From contig OZ252149.1 in the NCBI GenBank assembly GCA_965248755.1, positions 4,128,001-4,192,000 of the forward strand: a stretch of 64,000 nt of DNA, read 5' to 3'. The notes under the pieces were generated by a model. The model ran no database searches, was not told the DNA's origin, and saw nothing but the letters and a program-made list of their open reading frames with translations. This DNA comes from Candidatus Latescibacterota bacterium. Lineage in GTDB: Bacteria > Latescibacterota > CBDEFO01. The translations under genes and the position numbers were made by a program. This document shows positions 20,501 through 30,900 of this stretch, in pieces (position 1 is the stretch's first letter; the number at the start of each line of letters is the position of its first letter).

Positions 20501-23500
20501 TCTGCTGTATTATCGGTGTAAAGCGGGATAGAATATTGATAGTACGCGTTCCTTTCATCCAAAAAGCTGTTGTTGTTTATATCTTCTGTATCGGGAATTA
20601 TCCCCCTGTCCGAATCGTTCTTGCTGTCTTCTGTTCCGTTGATCTGTTCGTAGTTGTCTCTGCTGTCCGTATCCGAATCGTAGTGCCAGTTATCCCCATT
20701 GGGATCGGGATTAAGGACGGGATCGTATCCTGGCTCAGCTTCATCGGCAAGCCCGTCTATTCCAACATCTTCACCCACGTCGAGGACGTTATTCCTGATC
20801 CCGGATACATTCCTGTCCTCAGTGTCCAGCATCCCTCGGTGCTCTTCTTCAAAGCCTTCATTTACACCCAGAAAGAAAATATCCTCAGATATATCTCCCA
20901 AATCTATGTTCAGTATCCCTTCATCTCCCTTTACCCACACCTCTATGAACTTAGACCGGGAAAAGTCATTGCCTCCTGAGGGGAGAGCCCGCATAACCCC
21001 TCCCCAGCGTTCGTCAATCGGTATTGTACCTGATACCTCCTCTTGATAGGTAGCTTTTCCCTCAGGATCGAAATCCAACACCAGGATATCTGTTTTGTTC
21101 TCCCTGCTTGAGACTTCCTTGTTGGGCCATATCTCCCTGGTGTCCACTCTATCGAAGGGATTATACCATATCAATCTTCCCTGAGTGGATTCGAAGCTCT
21201 TTGTCTCCTTTGATTCATCCACCGGTGGGCTGGCCTGGGTCCACACAGATCTGAATATCCCAAAGCTCGTCTTCCTACTGCTCCCCTCAAAGTCATCTAT
21301 GAACGCCTGACCCAGTGTGTTCGGGTTCGGAAGGCTTTGAGCAAATTCAGCGGATATGTGAAGCTTCGAAGACTGCGACGATTTTACAAGTGGAATGGCG
21401 TTCACAAAGCTTGTCATAAATTGGGGCTCGAACTGGAGCCTCAAATCTGTGTCCCAGATTATTGTTCTTGCAGGCTCTTGACCAACTCGCACTCTCTTGT
21501 CGATCGATCTTTCGTTATTGTAGAGGAAGGTGCTCCCAAGGGACGACTTGCCCATAAATTTGTACTCAGCTCTGGTCCCTATGAGTGTCTTTTGTTGAGC
21601 CGCAAACGCAAAGAGCGGGCTGTCTTCGAAATTGACCACTACCTCTGCTGTGGGGGAGAGCGCTTCGTCTGTTAAGAACGTAATATCCCCTGAAAAATAG
21701 TCTATATTGTAATCGGTTCTCCTTTGAAGTCTCCTTCCGTTGAGGATGACTTCCTCAGAGCCCTCAAGGATGCCAAAGGAGCTGATGCTGACCCTGCTGG
21801 ACTGTCTGTCCTGGACCTCCACCTCTATAAAGTACCTGCTGGCGTTTTGTCTGACTATCCGGTCTTGGCTTTCGTATATTTGGGGGATCGTCTCTTCAAG
21901 CGGCGGTATGTCAAGACCGTTATCCCTTGCCCAATCGGGGTTTAAGGGAGCAAAAGGCTGAAGGTCAGGTAATACCAATTCTCCTCTTTCAAGGTCTAGC
22001 GGGACGAAACGGAAGTTGCCTATCTGTATCTCCCCGAGATCTACAAGATTGTCAGATTGGGGGTTGTTATCTCTATCCTTATGGTCTAATCCTAAAATCT
22101 TTATGTAGGGGACGCCGTTTTGCGAATCGTCGGGATCGTCCCCGGGGAGATCCTTGAATATCCTGAGGTCGAATCCTTCGAGATTTATCCTCCTTGCTCC
22201 GAGGTTGTAGACATTTTTCCACTCGAGGTCCCAAGTTGTCTCCTGACCCGGGAACGGTCTCTGATTCTTGGCCTTTATCAGTTTTAAATTAAGTTCTGTG
22301 CCCAGCGTCGCGAGGCTGTCCACGTCTCCAAAGGAGTCTCCCCTCTTCGTCTCGTAGGTCACAGCTGCAACGTGGTAATCTCTTACGGGTCTGTTCAGAA
22401 TTATGTATCCCAACCTGGGGTCCAGGAAGTAGTCATTAGGGTCTATCTCGTGGAACTTGCCTCTGTGGAAATTCGTAGCAGTTTTTTGGAAATTGTCCGG
22501 GTTGAACTCCTGTCCTCCATCCCAATAGTAAGCGAGTCCATCTATAGCTCTGTCTTCGGCATCGTTTTGCTGATTCTGGTCATCTACGAAGACTCTCAAG
22601 TTGAGTATAGAGAACTGGGGTTTGTATTCTCGTTCCTTGAACCTGTCTCTATATCCAATATCCAGAAAGAAGTACTTATTCCTTATGTACTGGAAATCCT
22701 TTATCCTTCTGGGTTTGTTCTGCTGTGCTCCGCCTCTGAAGGTCTTCTTCTTTCCCGAAGATTTCTCTTGACTCACAATAGTCGTTATATCGACAGAGCC
22801 TACCTTGCTTTTGACCCTGATTCCGAAGAGCCCTTTACTTTGAGCGCTGAAGCCCACAAACTGCGTTCCGGGGAGAGACAAAGTAGTGTTTCCTGCCTCT
22901 ATCTCCTGAATTATTCCGTCCTCTATCCCGTCGTATCTGAGTTTTATAGCGTTGTCCGTTCTCCCTCTGCTGTCCTGGTCCACTTGAACGTGAATTCTCT
23001 CTCCGATGATCCCCTCTACGGTGAACCTGGACTCCTGCTTCATGTTGAGAGACGGGAACTTAGATGGCCTGGATGTAGCAGTAACGATTTGCCCATCTGT
23101 CCACTCGCTCCTGCCCGAAAAGTTGATCTTCCGCCTCCCTGACACCTTGACTCGGCTCCCTTCACCTATGATACTCCTTAGAGCCTTTGGTATCTTCACT
23201 GGAATATTGATGCTCAGTCCACCGTCCTTCTTTCTGTCCTTTTTATTCTCTCTTACGGCATCCCTGTCGAACCATAATTTCCCCCTGTCCATGTCTGTGC
23301 TCAGTTGGACAAAGTCATCGACACCTAACGTAACAGGCCACCCATATCGGGACTTCCCAAACATCTTCACAAACTTCACCCTATTCAGTCCCGGATACAC
23401 TTCCAGCTCGTCCTGGATCATCTTGACGTTGCTTTCAAGAAGAGCTGGAGAATCGTTAGATAGCGATATCCTCCCTGATCTCCCGTTCCCGCCTTTGTTC

Positions 23501-23613
23501 CAGAATGTGCTGTAGTTATCCGGAATCTTAAGCCCCAGTTTTGACTGTGCTCTATTGGGCAACAACAGGAAGAGAGCGCAGACTAATATTGTGAAAACTT
23601 TCCTATTTCCCAT
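17572..23613 (-). CDS. sprA: Cell surface protein SprA (T9SS translocon homolog)
   Basis: ~2000 aa; IQEIEAGN, WDLEWKNVY, DYNIDY, IDDFEGS, WRLFRVPL, GEVWVDELRL; C-terminal beta-barrel ending IRFD. Confidence 0.85.
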   Translation of the reverse strand: MGNRKVFTILVCALFLLLPNRAQSKLGLKIPDNYSTFWNKGGNGRSGRISLSNDSPALLESNVKMIQDELEVYPGLNRVKFVKMFGKSRYGWPVTLGVDDFVQLSTDMDRGKLWFDRDAVRENKKDRKKDGGLSINIPVKIPKALRSIIGEGSRVKVSGRRKINFSGRSEWTDGQIVTATSRPSKFPSLNMKQESRFTVEGIIGERIHVQVDQDSRGRTDNAIKLRYDGIEDGIIQEIEAGNTTLSLPGTQFVGFSAQSKGLFGIRVKSKVGSVDITTIVSQEKSSGKKKTFRGGAQQNKPRRIKDFQYIRNKYFFLDIGYRDRFKEREYKPQFSILNLRVFVDDQNQQNDAEDRAIDGLAYYWDGGQEFNPDNFQKTATNFHRGKFHEIDPNDYFLDPRLGYIILNRPVRDYHVAAVTYETKRGDSFGDVDSLATLGTELNLKLIKAKNQRPFPGQETTWDLEWKNVYNLGARRINLEGFDLRIFKDLPGDDPDDSQNGVPYIKILGLDHKDRDNNPQSDNLVDLGEIQIGNFRFVPLDLERGELVLPDLQPFAPLNPDWARDNGLDIPPLEETIPQIYESQDRIVRQNASRYFIEVEVQDRQSSRVSISSFGILEGSEEVILNGRRLQRRTDYNIDYFSGDITFLTDEALSPTAEVVVNFEDSPLFAFAAQQKTLIGTRAEYKFMGKSSLGSTFLYNNERSIDKRVRVGQEPARTIIWDTDLRLQFEPQFMTSFVNAIPLVKSSQSSKLHISAEFAQSLPNPNTLGQAFIDDFEGSSRKTSFGIFRSVWTQASPPVDESKETKSFESTQGRLIWYNPFDRVDTREIWPNKEVSSRENKTDILVLDFDPEGKATYQEEVSGTIPIDERWGGVMRALPSGGNDFSRSKFIEVWVKGDEGILNIDLGDISEDIFFLGVNEGFEEEHRGMLDTEDRNVSGIRNNVLDVGEDVGIDGLADEAEPGYDPVLNPDPNGDNWHYDSDTDSRDNYEQINGTEDSKNDSDRGIIPDTEDINNNSFLDERNAYYQYSIPLYTDNTADPIPFLVEDTYSNGWRLFRVPLWDSPQIRSQNAAPDSTRIEYVRLWVTGVDSRTEISIASIEIAGNEWLESQELLGDQKLDVSIKSTDQNKDYISPVEKESRQVDRTSGVREREQSLVLKFENIEPGQEVSANKVLFRKESYTEYGRLKMFVNGQGHSFRPDTSTVELFIRFGADTTNYYEYRTKVFSGDVWDTRNEVDIDLKLMSGLKGDLLDAQAAARADSQHVPTYIDTTVDGKMHRVRGNPALSNIKLLTVGLINRGTEDITGEVWVDELRLDDVRREKGTAARLQINAGFADFMDISTSLSWQEDNFRTLRSERGSGSTRRNINLRGDANLDRFFPNNWGVSLPLRVSWNNSLSLPRLKPGSDVILRIEEKMDERTERTRKNINISFRKKESKNPFIKYTIDRASATFNSTIEDGISPRDSTLNESLSGSFKYDLSPRSDSAIKLLGWTSAFLPDFFSESKFRYFPSSFSYSNKTNKNKRFRSTVDQNRRNRRETKDDNFIMVEDYRAKFDPFKSLSSDYSLNRKKDLEGNLDIGKFKFGDEIGRSQNVRVDLKLNWIKWLGQNYGYNARYKENNDPKTRRAGQSGRDINNENSISGKFTLQLPSFFKAIGNIKKKSKDKGKGTLSKEEDKKGKVSPASIERASEGNGTSLLDLIAALGGRLSPVSGSYTKKRSFRKFGLEERPSLSYQLGFTEDPKVEGANLSGVSQSDSKTISDRINANSGIKLFSGISVKTDYGYDRSVSDIANREPRHTKKVTFPSLSSRWNGLAKMPLLKRVATSSNLDFKYKRVNSWNGDGGLDIAKLRGKTATSDFSPLFAWTTRWKNKLRTTLKSTNSRSFRTDFTGGRERGSTETTKNSLDFSLDYSISTSRGIPFFGKKVKLKSDVDMTLKFTKSRTKEENKLPLSEGSIRRGSVPRRDQNSWTLVFNSSYKFSRKLTGGSKIEVGNTFNNISKRTRKIRELGFWAEIRFD

Positions 23614-23852
23614 GACGGTTTGAGCTCTAACATAGTAAAAGCACAGTGCATTGGATAATACCACAATAGTGCCTAAAGATCAAGTTAAATTTTGGCCGGC
23701 CGCAGAAATGCTTTTGTTTTAAGTCTGAAATATTTTATATTGTAGGATAGAGTCCACATAGATACAGTAGACAGTAAACAGTAGACAGGGCACCGCTCCT
23801 CATCACCACCTGTTTCCACCACCTCCTTCCCCTCAATGGGGCCAATAGACCT

Positions 23853-25235
23853 ATGAGCATACTGCACCGCTATGTATTGAAAGAACATATAGCTCCTTTC
23901 TTCCTAAGTCTATCAGTCATCATCTTCATACTGATAATAAACAGGATCCTTTTCTTTGCAAATATGCTCCTAGGAAAGGGGGTAGGGTTACAGGTCATCG
24001 CTGAGTTCTTCTTCTTGAGCCTTGCATGGATGATCGCTTTGGCTATTCCAATGTCTGTTCTGGCCTCAACTTTGATGGCATTTGGAAGACTCTCCTCTGA
24101 CAACGAAATAACCGCCATAAGGGCAAGTGGGGTAAGCATCTACTACCTGATGGCTCCTGTTCTGCTGGCCGCCTCTCTGCTTTCGGTCGGTTTGGTTCTA
24201 TTCAACGACAGGATACTGCCCGATTTCAACCTCAGAGCCAAAAACCTCCTCTACGACATCCGCCGCAAGAAGCCCGCGTTGGAATTGAAGGACATGGAGG
24301 GCATCTTTATAAACGACTTTTCGGGATATAACGTCCTCTTTGAGAAGATAGATGAAGACGAGTCCAAGATGTATAATGTGACTATCTATCAGCAACAAGA
24401 GGGGAAGTACCCTGTCTCGATCCGCGCCAAATGGGGAGATCTTAAGTTCTCAGAGGAGACAGATAACTTAATTTTAAGCCTCTACGATGGGGAAATACAT
24501 CAGCTAGATCCTGAAGACAGCGACAGATACGTCCGCACCACTTTCAAAAGACATTTGATAAACATACCGGATGTTGGCCAAACCTTCAAAAGGACCAGCT
24601 CTCTCGGCCGCGGAGACAGAGAAATGAGCGTCCGGATGATGCTCGACGAAATCAAGTCGCTCCAAAATCAGAAAAAAGTACATAGAGACAATATAGATAC
24701 TATCACGGAACAGTACATAATACGCTATCTTCCTGTATGGGAGGCAAGTTCGACGCACATCGCTTCAGTGGATTCTCTTGTCGACCGTTTTTCAAACGGT
24801 TCCCATGACTTAGCACGAGACACCCGAAAGACCCTCATCCAGGTCCGCAGGGAAACTGCCAATATGGCCAGGAAGAACCGCAAAACAAACCAGTATCTTG
24901 TAGAGATCCATAAGAAGTTCTCCATCCCCACTGCCTGCATCGTATTTGTGCTTGTAGGGGTACCTTTGGGAATTATGGCAGGCAAGAGGGGTCAGGCTAT
25001 TGCTGTCATAAGCATCGGCTTTTTTGCCCTTTACTGGGCCTTCTTAAGGGGTGGTGAGATCCTGGCGGACAGAGAAGTAATACCGCCATATCTTTCCATG
25101 TGGGCTCCGAACATAGTCATCGGAGCCTGCGGGCTCTACCTCACCTTCAGGTCAGTCAAAAAACACGCCCTAGCCGAACACCGAAAGCAAGCAGACAGTA
25201 ACCCCGATCACCCCGATAGGTTCAATCGGGAGTAG
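23853..25235 (+). CDS. lptF: LptF/LptG family LPS export permease
   Basis: RYVLKE, FGRLSSDNEITAIRASGVS, EIHKKFSIP, WAPN. Confidence 0.85.
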   Translation: MSILHRYVLKEHIAPFFLSLSVIIFILIINRILFFANMLLGKGVGLQVIAEFFFLSLAWMIALAIPMSVLASTLMAFGRLSSDNEITAIRASGVSIYYLMAPVLLAASLLSVGLVLFNDRILPDFNLRAKNLLYDIRRKKPALELKDMEGIFINDFSGYNVLFEKIDEDESKMYNVTIYQQQEGKYPVSIRAKWGDLKFSEETDNLILSLYDGEIHQLDPEDSDRYVRTTFKRHLINIPDVGQTFKRTSSLGRGDREMSVRMMLDEIKSLQNQKKVHRDNIDTITEQYIIRYLPVWEASSTHIASVDSLVDRFSNGSHDLARDTRKTLIQVRRETANMARKNRKTNQYLVEIHKKFSIPTACIVFVLVGVPLGIMAGKRGQAIAVISIGFFALYWAFLRGGEILADREVIPPYLSMWAPNIVIGACGLYLTFRSVKKHALAEHRKQADSNPDHPDRFNRE

Positions 25236-25420
25236 ACTCAATCGGGGATTGAATGGGGTGTAGACAGGGGGTACCACCACGCACCCCTTGAGATTGGTTC
25301 TGCTTCGCAACTCCTTCGGGGTCGGGGCTTTTCGCCCCTTGCAATGACATTGAGGATCCGTGCCTACAAATGTCAAGGCGATCCCCGATTGAATCTATCG
25401 GGGAAGCGAAGAAATCTCAC
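25202..25420. repeat. Nested 21-bp hairpins plus REP-like cluster between lptF and lptG
   Basis: Outer copy 25202..25247, inner copy 25211..25231, perfect copy 25383..25403. Confidence 0.85.
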
Positions 25421-25522
25421 TTAGACTGCTTCCTATGCGTGCGTGCTGTTTACTGTTCAAACGAAAGTTGCAGTGTTTCCCACAACTATGACCAAATTGA
25501 GACTCTATTAGTTGCAAAAATT

Positions 25523-26596
25523 ATGCGAATCCTGAGCCGCTACATCGCCCGAGAATTCATAGGATGGCTTTTTGTAGGCCTTACTGCCTTCGTGCTTATA
25601 TTCATAGTAGTCGATTCGGTAGATCACCTCAACAGATTCATGGACAGTGACTTCACAGCGATTAGGGTGGCTAAGTACTATCTGTACTACATCCCCTACA
25701 TTGTGCTCCTGATGCTTCCTATGGTAATGCTCCTTTCGTCGTTATTCTGTTTAGGTGGTATGGCAAGGCAGAACGAACTTGTGGCGATGAAGGCCTCCGG
25801 GATGAGCTTGTATCGCATCTTATCCCCTGTCTTCTTCATAGGCATAATTGCCAGTCTGATCTCTTTAGTCTTTGCCGAAGTCGTAGTCCCGAGGACCAAT
25901 CAGCGGAGGATGGAAATAAGACACGGGACAAGCCGCAGCGACAAATCCAGGACGATCAGAAAGGATGTCTTTCTCTCCGATGGAGACAACCGCCTGGTCT
26001 TTGCCAAGGTCTATGACCCTGTGAATGAGACCGCGGATGATGTCTCCATAGAAGAATACGACGGTTCATCTTTGATAAGGAGAATTACGGGGAAGAAGAT
26101 GTTCTGGAGGGATAACGGATGGGAGGTCACGGAGGGGATAATAAGAGAATTTAGCGGCGAAGAAGAGAATATAACTCAGTTTGAAAGCAGGATCTTAGAG
26201 AACGTTTTGCTTGCCCCTATGGATTTTATAAGGGAATACAAAAAGCCTGAGGAGATGAACTACTTCGAGCTCAAACGATATATAGAAAGAGCCACGAACA
26301 GCGGAAAAGAGGCCGGAAAATGGCTGGTGGACCTCCATCTGAAAATATCGTATCCTCTGACCAATTTCATAATGGTCCTCCTCGGAGCCCCTATGGCTTC
26401 CTCTGTAGGAAGGAGGACTGGAAAGGCTGCAAGTTTCGGGATAACGATCCTGATCTCGTTTGTCTTTTACGGCTTCGTAAAGAGCGCGCAGGCGTTGGGA
26501 CACAACGGCTATCTGCAACCCCTTTTAGCGGCCTGGATAGGGAACATCGTCTTTATAACTATCGGGATTCTATTGTTGGTTAAGACGAGGAAATAG
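25523..26596 (+). CDS. lptG: LPS export permease LptG
   Basis: MRILSRYIAREF, NELVAMKASGMS, KPEEMNYFEL, LAAWIGN. Confidence 0.85.
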   Translation: MRILSRYIAREFIGWLFVGLTAFVLIFIVVDSVDHLNRFMDSDFTAIRVAKYYLYYIPYIVLLMLPMVMLLSSLFCLGGMARQNELVAMKASGMSLYRILSPVFFIGIIASLISLVFAEVVVPRTNQRRMEIRHGTSRSDKSRTIRKDVFLSDGDNRLVFAKVYDPVNETADDVSIEEYDGSSLIRRITGKKMFWRDNGWEVTEGIIREFSGEEENITQFESRILENVLLAPMDFIREYKKPEEMNYFELKRYIERATNSGKEAGKWLVDLHLKISYPLTNFIMVLLGAPMASSVGRRTGKAASFGITILISFVFYGFVKSAQALGHNGYLQPLLAAWIGNIVFITIGILLLVKTRK

Positions 26597-26609
26597 GCAT
26601 CGTTTTTGC

Positions 26610-26639
26610 TTGACATTTTGTGTTATGTTTCCTTATCTT
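26610..26639 (+). promoter_or_regulatory. sigma70-like promoter
   Basis: TTGACA-18-TATCTT upstream of 26780. Confidence 0.5.
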
Positions 26640-26779
26640 GTGAGTCGTATAACATTACAGATGCCAAAGTTGAATTCTTCTCTGGCATAGCGCTATGTGG
26701 TAGGAAGGTTCAGAATTACAAAACTACATTCGGCTCTCCAACACCTAAATTAACCCTAACACAAAAGGAGGAACTAACC

Positions 26780-27871
26780 GTGAGAACTCTAACAACATTA
26801 ATCGTGCTTTCGGCCGCTGTGCTCTGTATGGGTAATGCCTACGGGGCCATATTCGTGGCTGACAATAACTTGAATGCACCGACAGGGAATAACGTGTTCT
26901 CATCACTGCAGTCGGCTCTTAACGCGGCCCAGGTGGGGGATACAGTGCAGGTGACACCGAGTCCAACTGTTTACGGGAACATAACGATTGACAGAAGATT
27001 GACGGTTTACGGTGGAGGACTTAATCCGGATAAAGATCGTTATCTCCGGTCAGTAGTGGGCACTATCACCTTTAGCAGTAACACGTTATTTCAAACTAAT
27101 GCTTCTGGTACGGTAATATCTGGCCTGCAAGCAGGGGCAGCGACATTTAGCGGCGGGGCACTCAGCAACATAGTCATTGAGAGATGTTGGTTTTATACTG
27201 GGGGGAGGATAAGTAGAAGCTCCGGTTCTTCTGTTGATAGCTTACGAATCAGGAATTGTATTATTGATATTAATAGGGAGACTCCTCTGCTAAATCTTAC
27301 AGGTGGAGCATCAAATTTGGTAATAAGCAACAGTATTTTTTACGACTTTTACAGCGCCGGCTATGGCGGTATAAGTGCAGACAATAATACAGTGATCAGC
27401 AATAATATCTTCATCGCGACAGTGAACACGGACAGACGAGCGTTCGAGAACATTACTGATTGCATAGTTGCGAATAACATCTTCTACGGTGTAAAGCCAA
27501 CCGCTAGGGTTTCAGCTCTGAGAAATGTATTCAATAATAATCTAACCTTCGGAACGAACGCAAATGGCTTACCTCCTGGTGGTGCTACAGGACAGGACAA
27601 TATTGTAAATACCGATCCTTCATTTGAGAATTTTCCTCAGAGTGGGTCTAACAGTTTCTCCTTTGGCTGGGATTTCAACCTGAAAGCCGGTTCTCCGGCG
27701 ATAAGTGCAGGCACTGACGGCACGGATATCGGTATGTTTGGGGGTAGTAATCCTCTTGATTCGTGGCCGCACGTCCTTCCGTCCATTCCGCTCATTCAGG
27801 TGTTCAACGCTTCAAGTGTAGTAAGACAGGGCGGTAATCTAAACGTGAAGGTAAAGGCAAGATCTAATTGA
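26780..27871 (+). CDS. Secreted right-handed parallel beta-helix protein
   Basis: AAGGAGG RBS, signal peptide, SLQSALNAAQVGDTV, ISNNIF repeats, DFNLKAGSPAISAGTDGTDIGMFGG. Confidence 0.85.
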   Translation: MRTLTTLIVLSAAVLCMGNAYGAIFVADNNLNAPTGNNVFSSLQSALNAAQVGDTVQVTPSPTVYGNITIDRRLTVYGGGLNPDKDRYLRSVVGTITFSSNTLFQTNASGTVISGLQAGAATFSGGALSNIVIERCWFYTGGRISRSSGSSVDSLRIRNCIIDINRETPLLNLTGGASNLVISNSIFYDFYSAGYGGISADNNTVISNNIFIATVNTDRRAFENITDCIVANNIFYGVKPTARVSALRNVFNNNLTFGTNANGLPPGGATGQDNIVNTDPSFENFPQSGSNSFSFGWDFNLKAGSPAISAGTDGTDIGMFGGSNPLDSWPHVLPSIPLIQVFNASSVVRQGGNLNVKVKARSN

Positions 27872-27942
27872 TCTGCGGGTTCCACAGAAGTCTTTGGCAT
27901 GTTCATCTTCTTCAAGATTACTACAATTTCAAGATTACTACA

Positions 27943-30900
27943 ATGGACAAATTTAGATTGAAACTGATGCTTGCAGCAGTTATTCTGCTCCTGTGCCAGG
28001 GTCATCTGCACGCGCAGACACCTGATCTTGTGGCGGCAGAATACTTTATTGATGTCGATCCGGGACACGGATTGGGCACTGCTATATCTGTGTCATCTCC
28101 GGATACATCGGTCACGTTCTCAATATCCACAACCGGGTTGAGTACGGGCCTTCATACTCTGCATGTACGGTTTAAGGATGCTAATAACAATTGGAGTATG
28201 ACCGAAGCACGACCGTTTTACATCTACGAAGCTCCCGCAGTGCAGGTAGCTTCGATAGAGGCGGTGGAATATTTTCTGGACGATGATCCTGGTCACGGTC
28301 AGGGGAGTGGATTTACTGTTGGTGTGGGCGATACTGTCGATATTACGGAGCAGATCAGTGCGGCCGGTCTTGCCACCGGTCTTCATACGTTGCACGTGCG
28401 CGCCCGCAGCCAGGATGGCAGGTGGAGTATGACCGAATCGCGGCCGTTTTACATCTACGAAGATCCTACAGTGCAAGTAGCTTCGATAGAGGCGGTGGAA
28501 TATTTTCTGGACGATGATCCTGGTCACGGTCAGGGGAGTGGATTTACTGTAAGTGTGGGCGATACAGTGGATATTACAGAGCAGATCAGTACGGCGAGTC
28601 TTGGAAGCGGTCTTCATACTCTGCATGTGCGCGCCCGCAGTCAAGATGGAATGTGGAGTGTGACTGAATCGCGTCCGTTTTACATCTATGCAGAGGCAGG
28701 AGTGCAGGTAGCTTCGATGGAGGTGGTGGAATATTTCATAGACGATGATCCCGGTCACGGTCTTGCGAGTGGATTTACTGTAGATGTGGGTGATACTGTC
28801 GATATTATGGAGCAGATCAGTGCGGCCGGTCTTGGCACTGGTCTTCATACTCTGCACGTGCGCGGTCGCAATCAAGATGGAATTTGGAGTGTGACCGAAG
28901 CACGGCCGTTCTATATATACTCCCCGCTTGATGTAACCGCGCCGTCACCACTTGTAAGGCTGGAATATTTCTTCAACACCGATCCCGGATTAGGGGCAGG
29001 TGTTGAAATACCTATTTCGCAGGCAGAGTCCGTCAATGTAGGCGTGGGACTTCCTACTGCGGGACTTCCGCTGGATAGTCATACCGTCACTGTGCGGTCG
29101 CAGAATGCGGCTGGGACATGGAGTCAGAGGGAAACTAGATCTTTTAGCATTGCTGCAGGATCGAACGATACGCCGGTGGTGAAGAACACTATCCCTGACC
29201 AAAACATTGACCTGGATGCGGGAGACCCACCATTTGCCCGAGACCTGGTCTCCCCGGATTCCGTGTTTACTGATTCCAACGGTGATGTGCTGGTCTATCA
29301 GGCCAGCAGTTCTGACTCCTCGGTGGTCGTGCCGGGTATTTCAGGGAGCATCCTTACGGTCACGGCCCTGTCGGCGGGCAGCGACACGATCACCGTCGAG
29401 GCAAACGACGGCAACGGCGGGACAGCGCAGACCGCGTTTACGCTCACAGTTACCGGAACGATCGCCTATCCGGTTGTGACATCTATCAATCCCACTTCTG
29501 GCTCAGAATCGGGCGGGACGCATGTAACGATAAGAGGGAGCAATTTCCGGAGCGGAGTGACTGTGACTTTTGGTGATAGCACAGCCACAGGTGTGGTCGT
29601 CGTGTCGCCCGATACCATTACGGCTATAACTCCCGCTCACGCTGTCGGTACTTTGGATTTGATAATCACAAATCCCAGTGGTCTGGCAGACACACTTTTT
29701 GACGGATTTGAGTTTGTTCATTCCCTTTACATAAGCGATCTAAGTGGGATTAATGGCTTGGCCAGTGATGGGATGGACTTTTGGGTTACTGGTAATCTGT
29801 CAGCATCATCTACTCAGAAGCTCTATAAAGTACGTGCCAGCGATCGGGAGCTGGTTACATCTGTAAACATACCCTATTCAGTAGGTGTCGAGCAGCTATC
29901 GGGGGTTGCACACTATAGTGGATATATCTATGTCAGAATTCATCCAAGTGGACTGATCTATCAGTATGATCCCAGCACAGGAACTGTAGACGCTACTTCA
30001 TACACCACACGTACATGGAGTAACGATATGGCCTTTCTGGGATCTGAATTGTGGCAAACACGCGATAATAGCATAGGTGGAGAATTTGAGGTTTACGATC
30101 AAAGTGGACATGAGTTCTTGGGGGAGATAGTCAGGCGTAAGTCTATTGCAAGTGACAGCACATACCTGTACATAGGAGATTATGGAAACCGTAGGCTCTG
30201 GAAGACTACAGGAGATGGGACAGTCGTGTCAGTGGATACAGTAGTATCTCCTTCTGGTTCTCTCCCTCAGTTCCTGACCTATCATAACGGTGGTCTATGG
30301 ACTAATTCAAGTGGTCCGTCTATTGTTGAATTAACATTTGATCTTGTCTCGGTCAGCCTCCCGGACACATCTGTCTTTATCGACCATACTATAGTTTCAG
30401 TTCCCGTCGTTATCGAAGAGGATGTGACAGGGCTTGGAGTCATCTCAGCCCAGATGAATATCAGCTACGATTCAAATGTAATAGAGACAATAGATGTGAC
30501 ATCGGAAGGGACACTGACCCAAGGCTGGACGACGGCTGGCACAGTTGCAACAGGCATCGGAACATCTGTAGACACCGTCAGGATTGCAATGGCAACTGCG
30601 AGAGGCAACGCATTATCGGGGTCGGGCAATCTTGTGCTTATCAAGTTTGCACTTTCCGATTCAGCAGTAATCAGTGATTCCACGGCATTGGTATTTGAGG
30701 AATTCTTCTTCAACGAGGGAGATCCACCGGCAATCACACAGGATGGGTCTGTGCGAATTATCGAAAGGTTGTTAGGGGATGTCACCGGCAACAGACAGGT
30801 AACGGCATTTGATGCCGCTTTGGTGCTTGAACACACAGTCGGTCTCTTTGTAATCTCTGACACCCTGATAGCAGATGTCAGTGGAGACGGCACTATAAGT

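Noticed and set aside
25370..25522. N-terminal extension of LptG shown in the ORF track
   Set aside because: It is translated repeat DNA; the family start MRILSRY is at 25523
28030..29130. ~228-bp direct repeats as a mobile element
   Set aside because: They are tandem Ig-like protein domains inside one CDS
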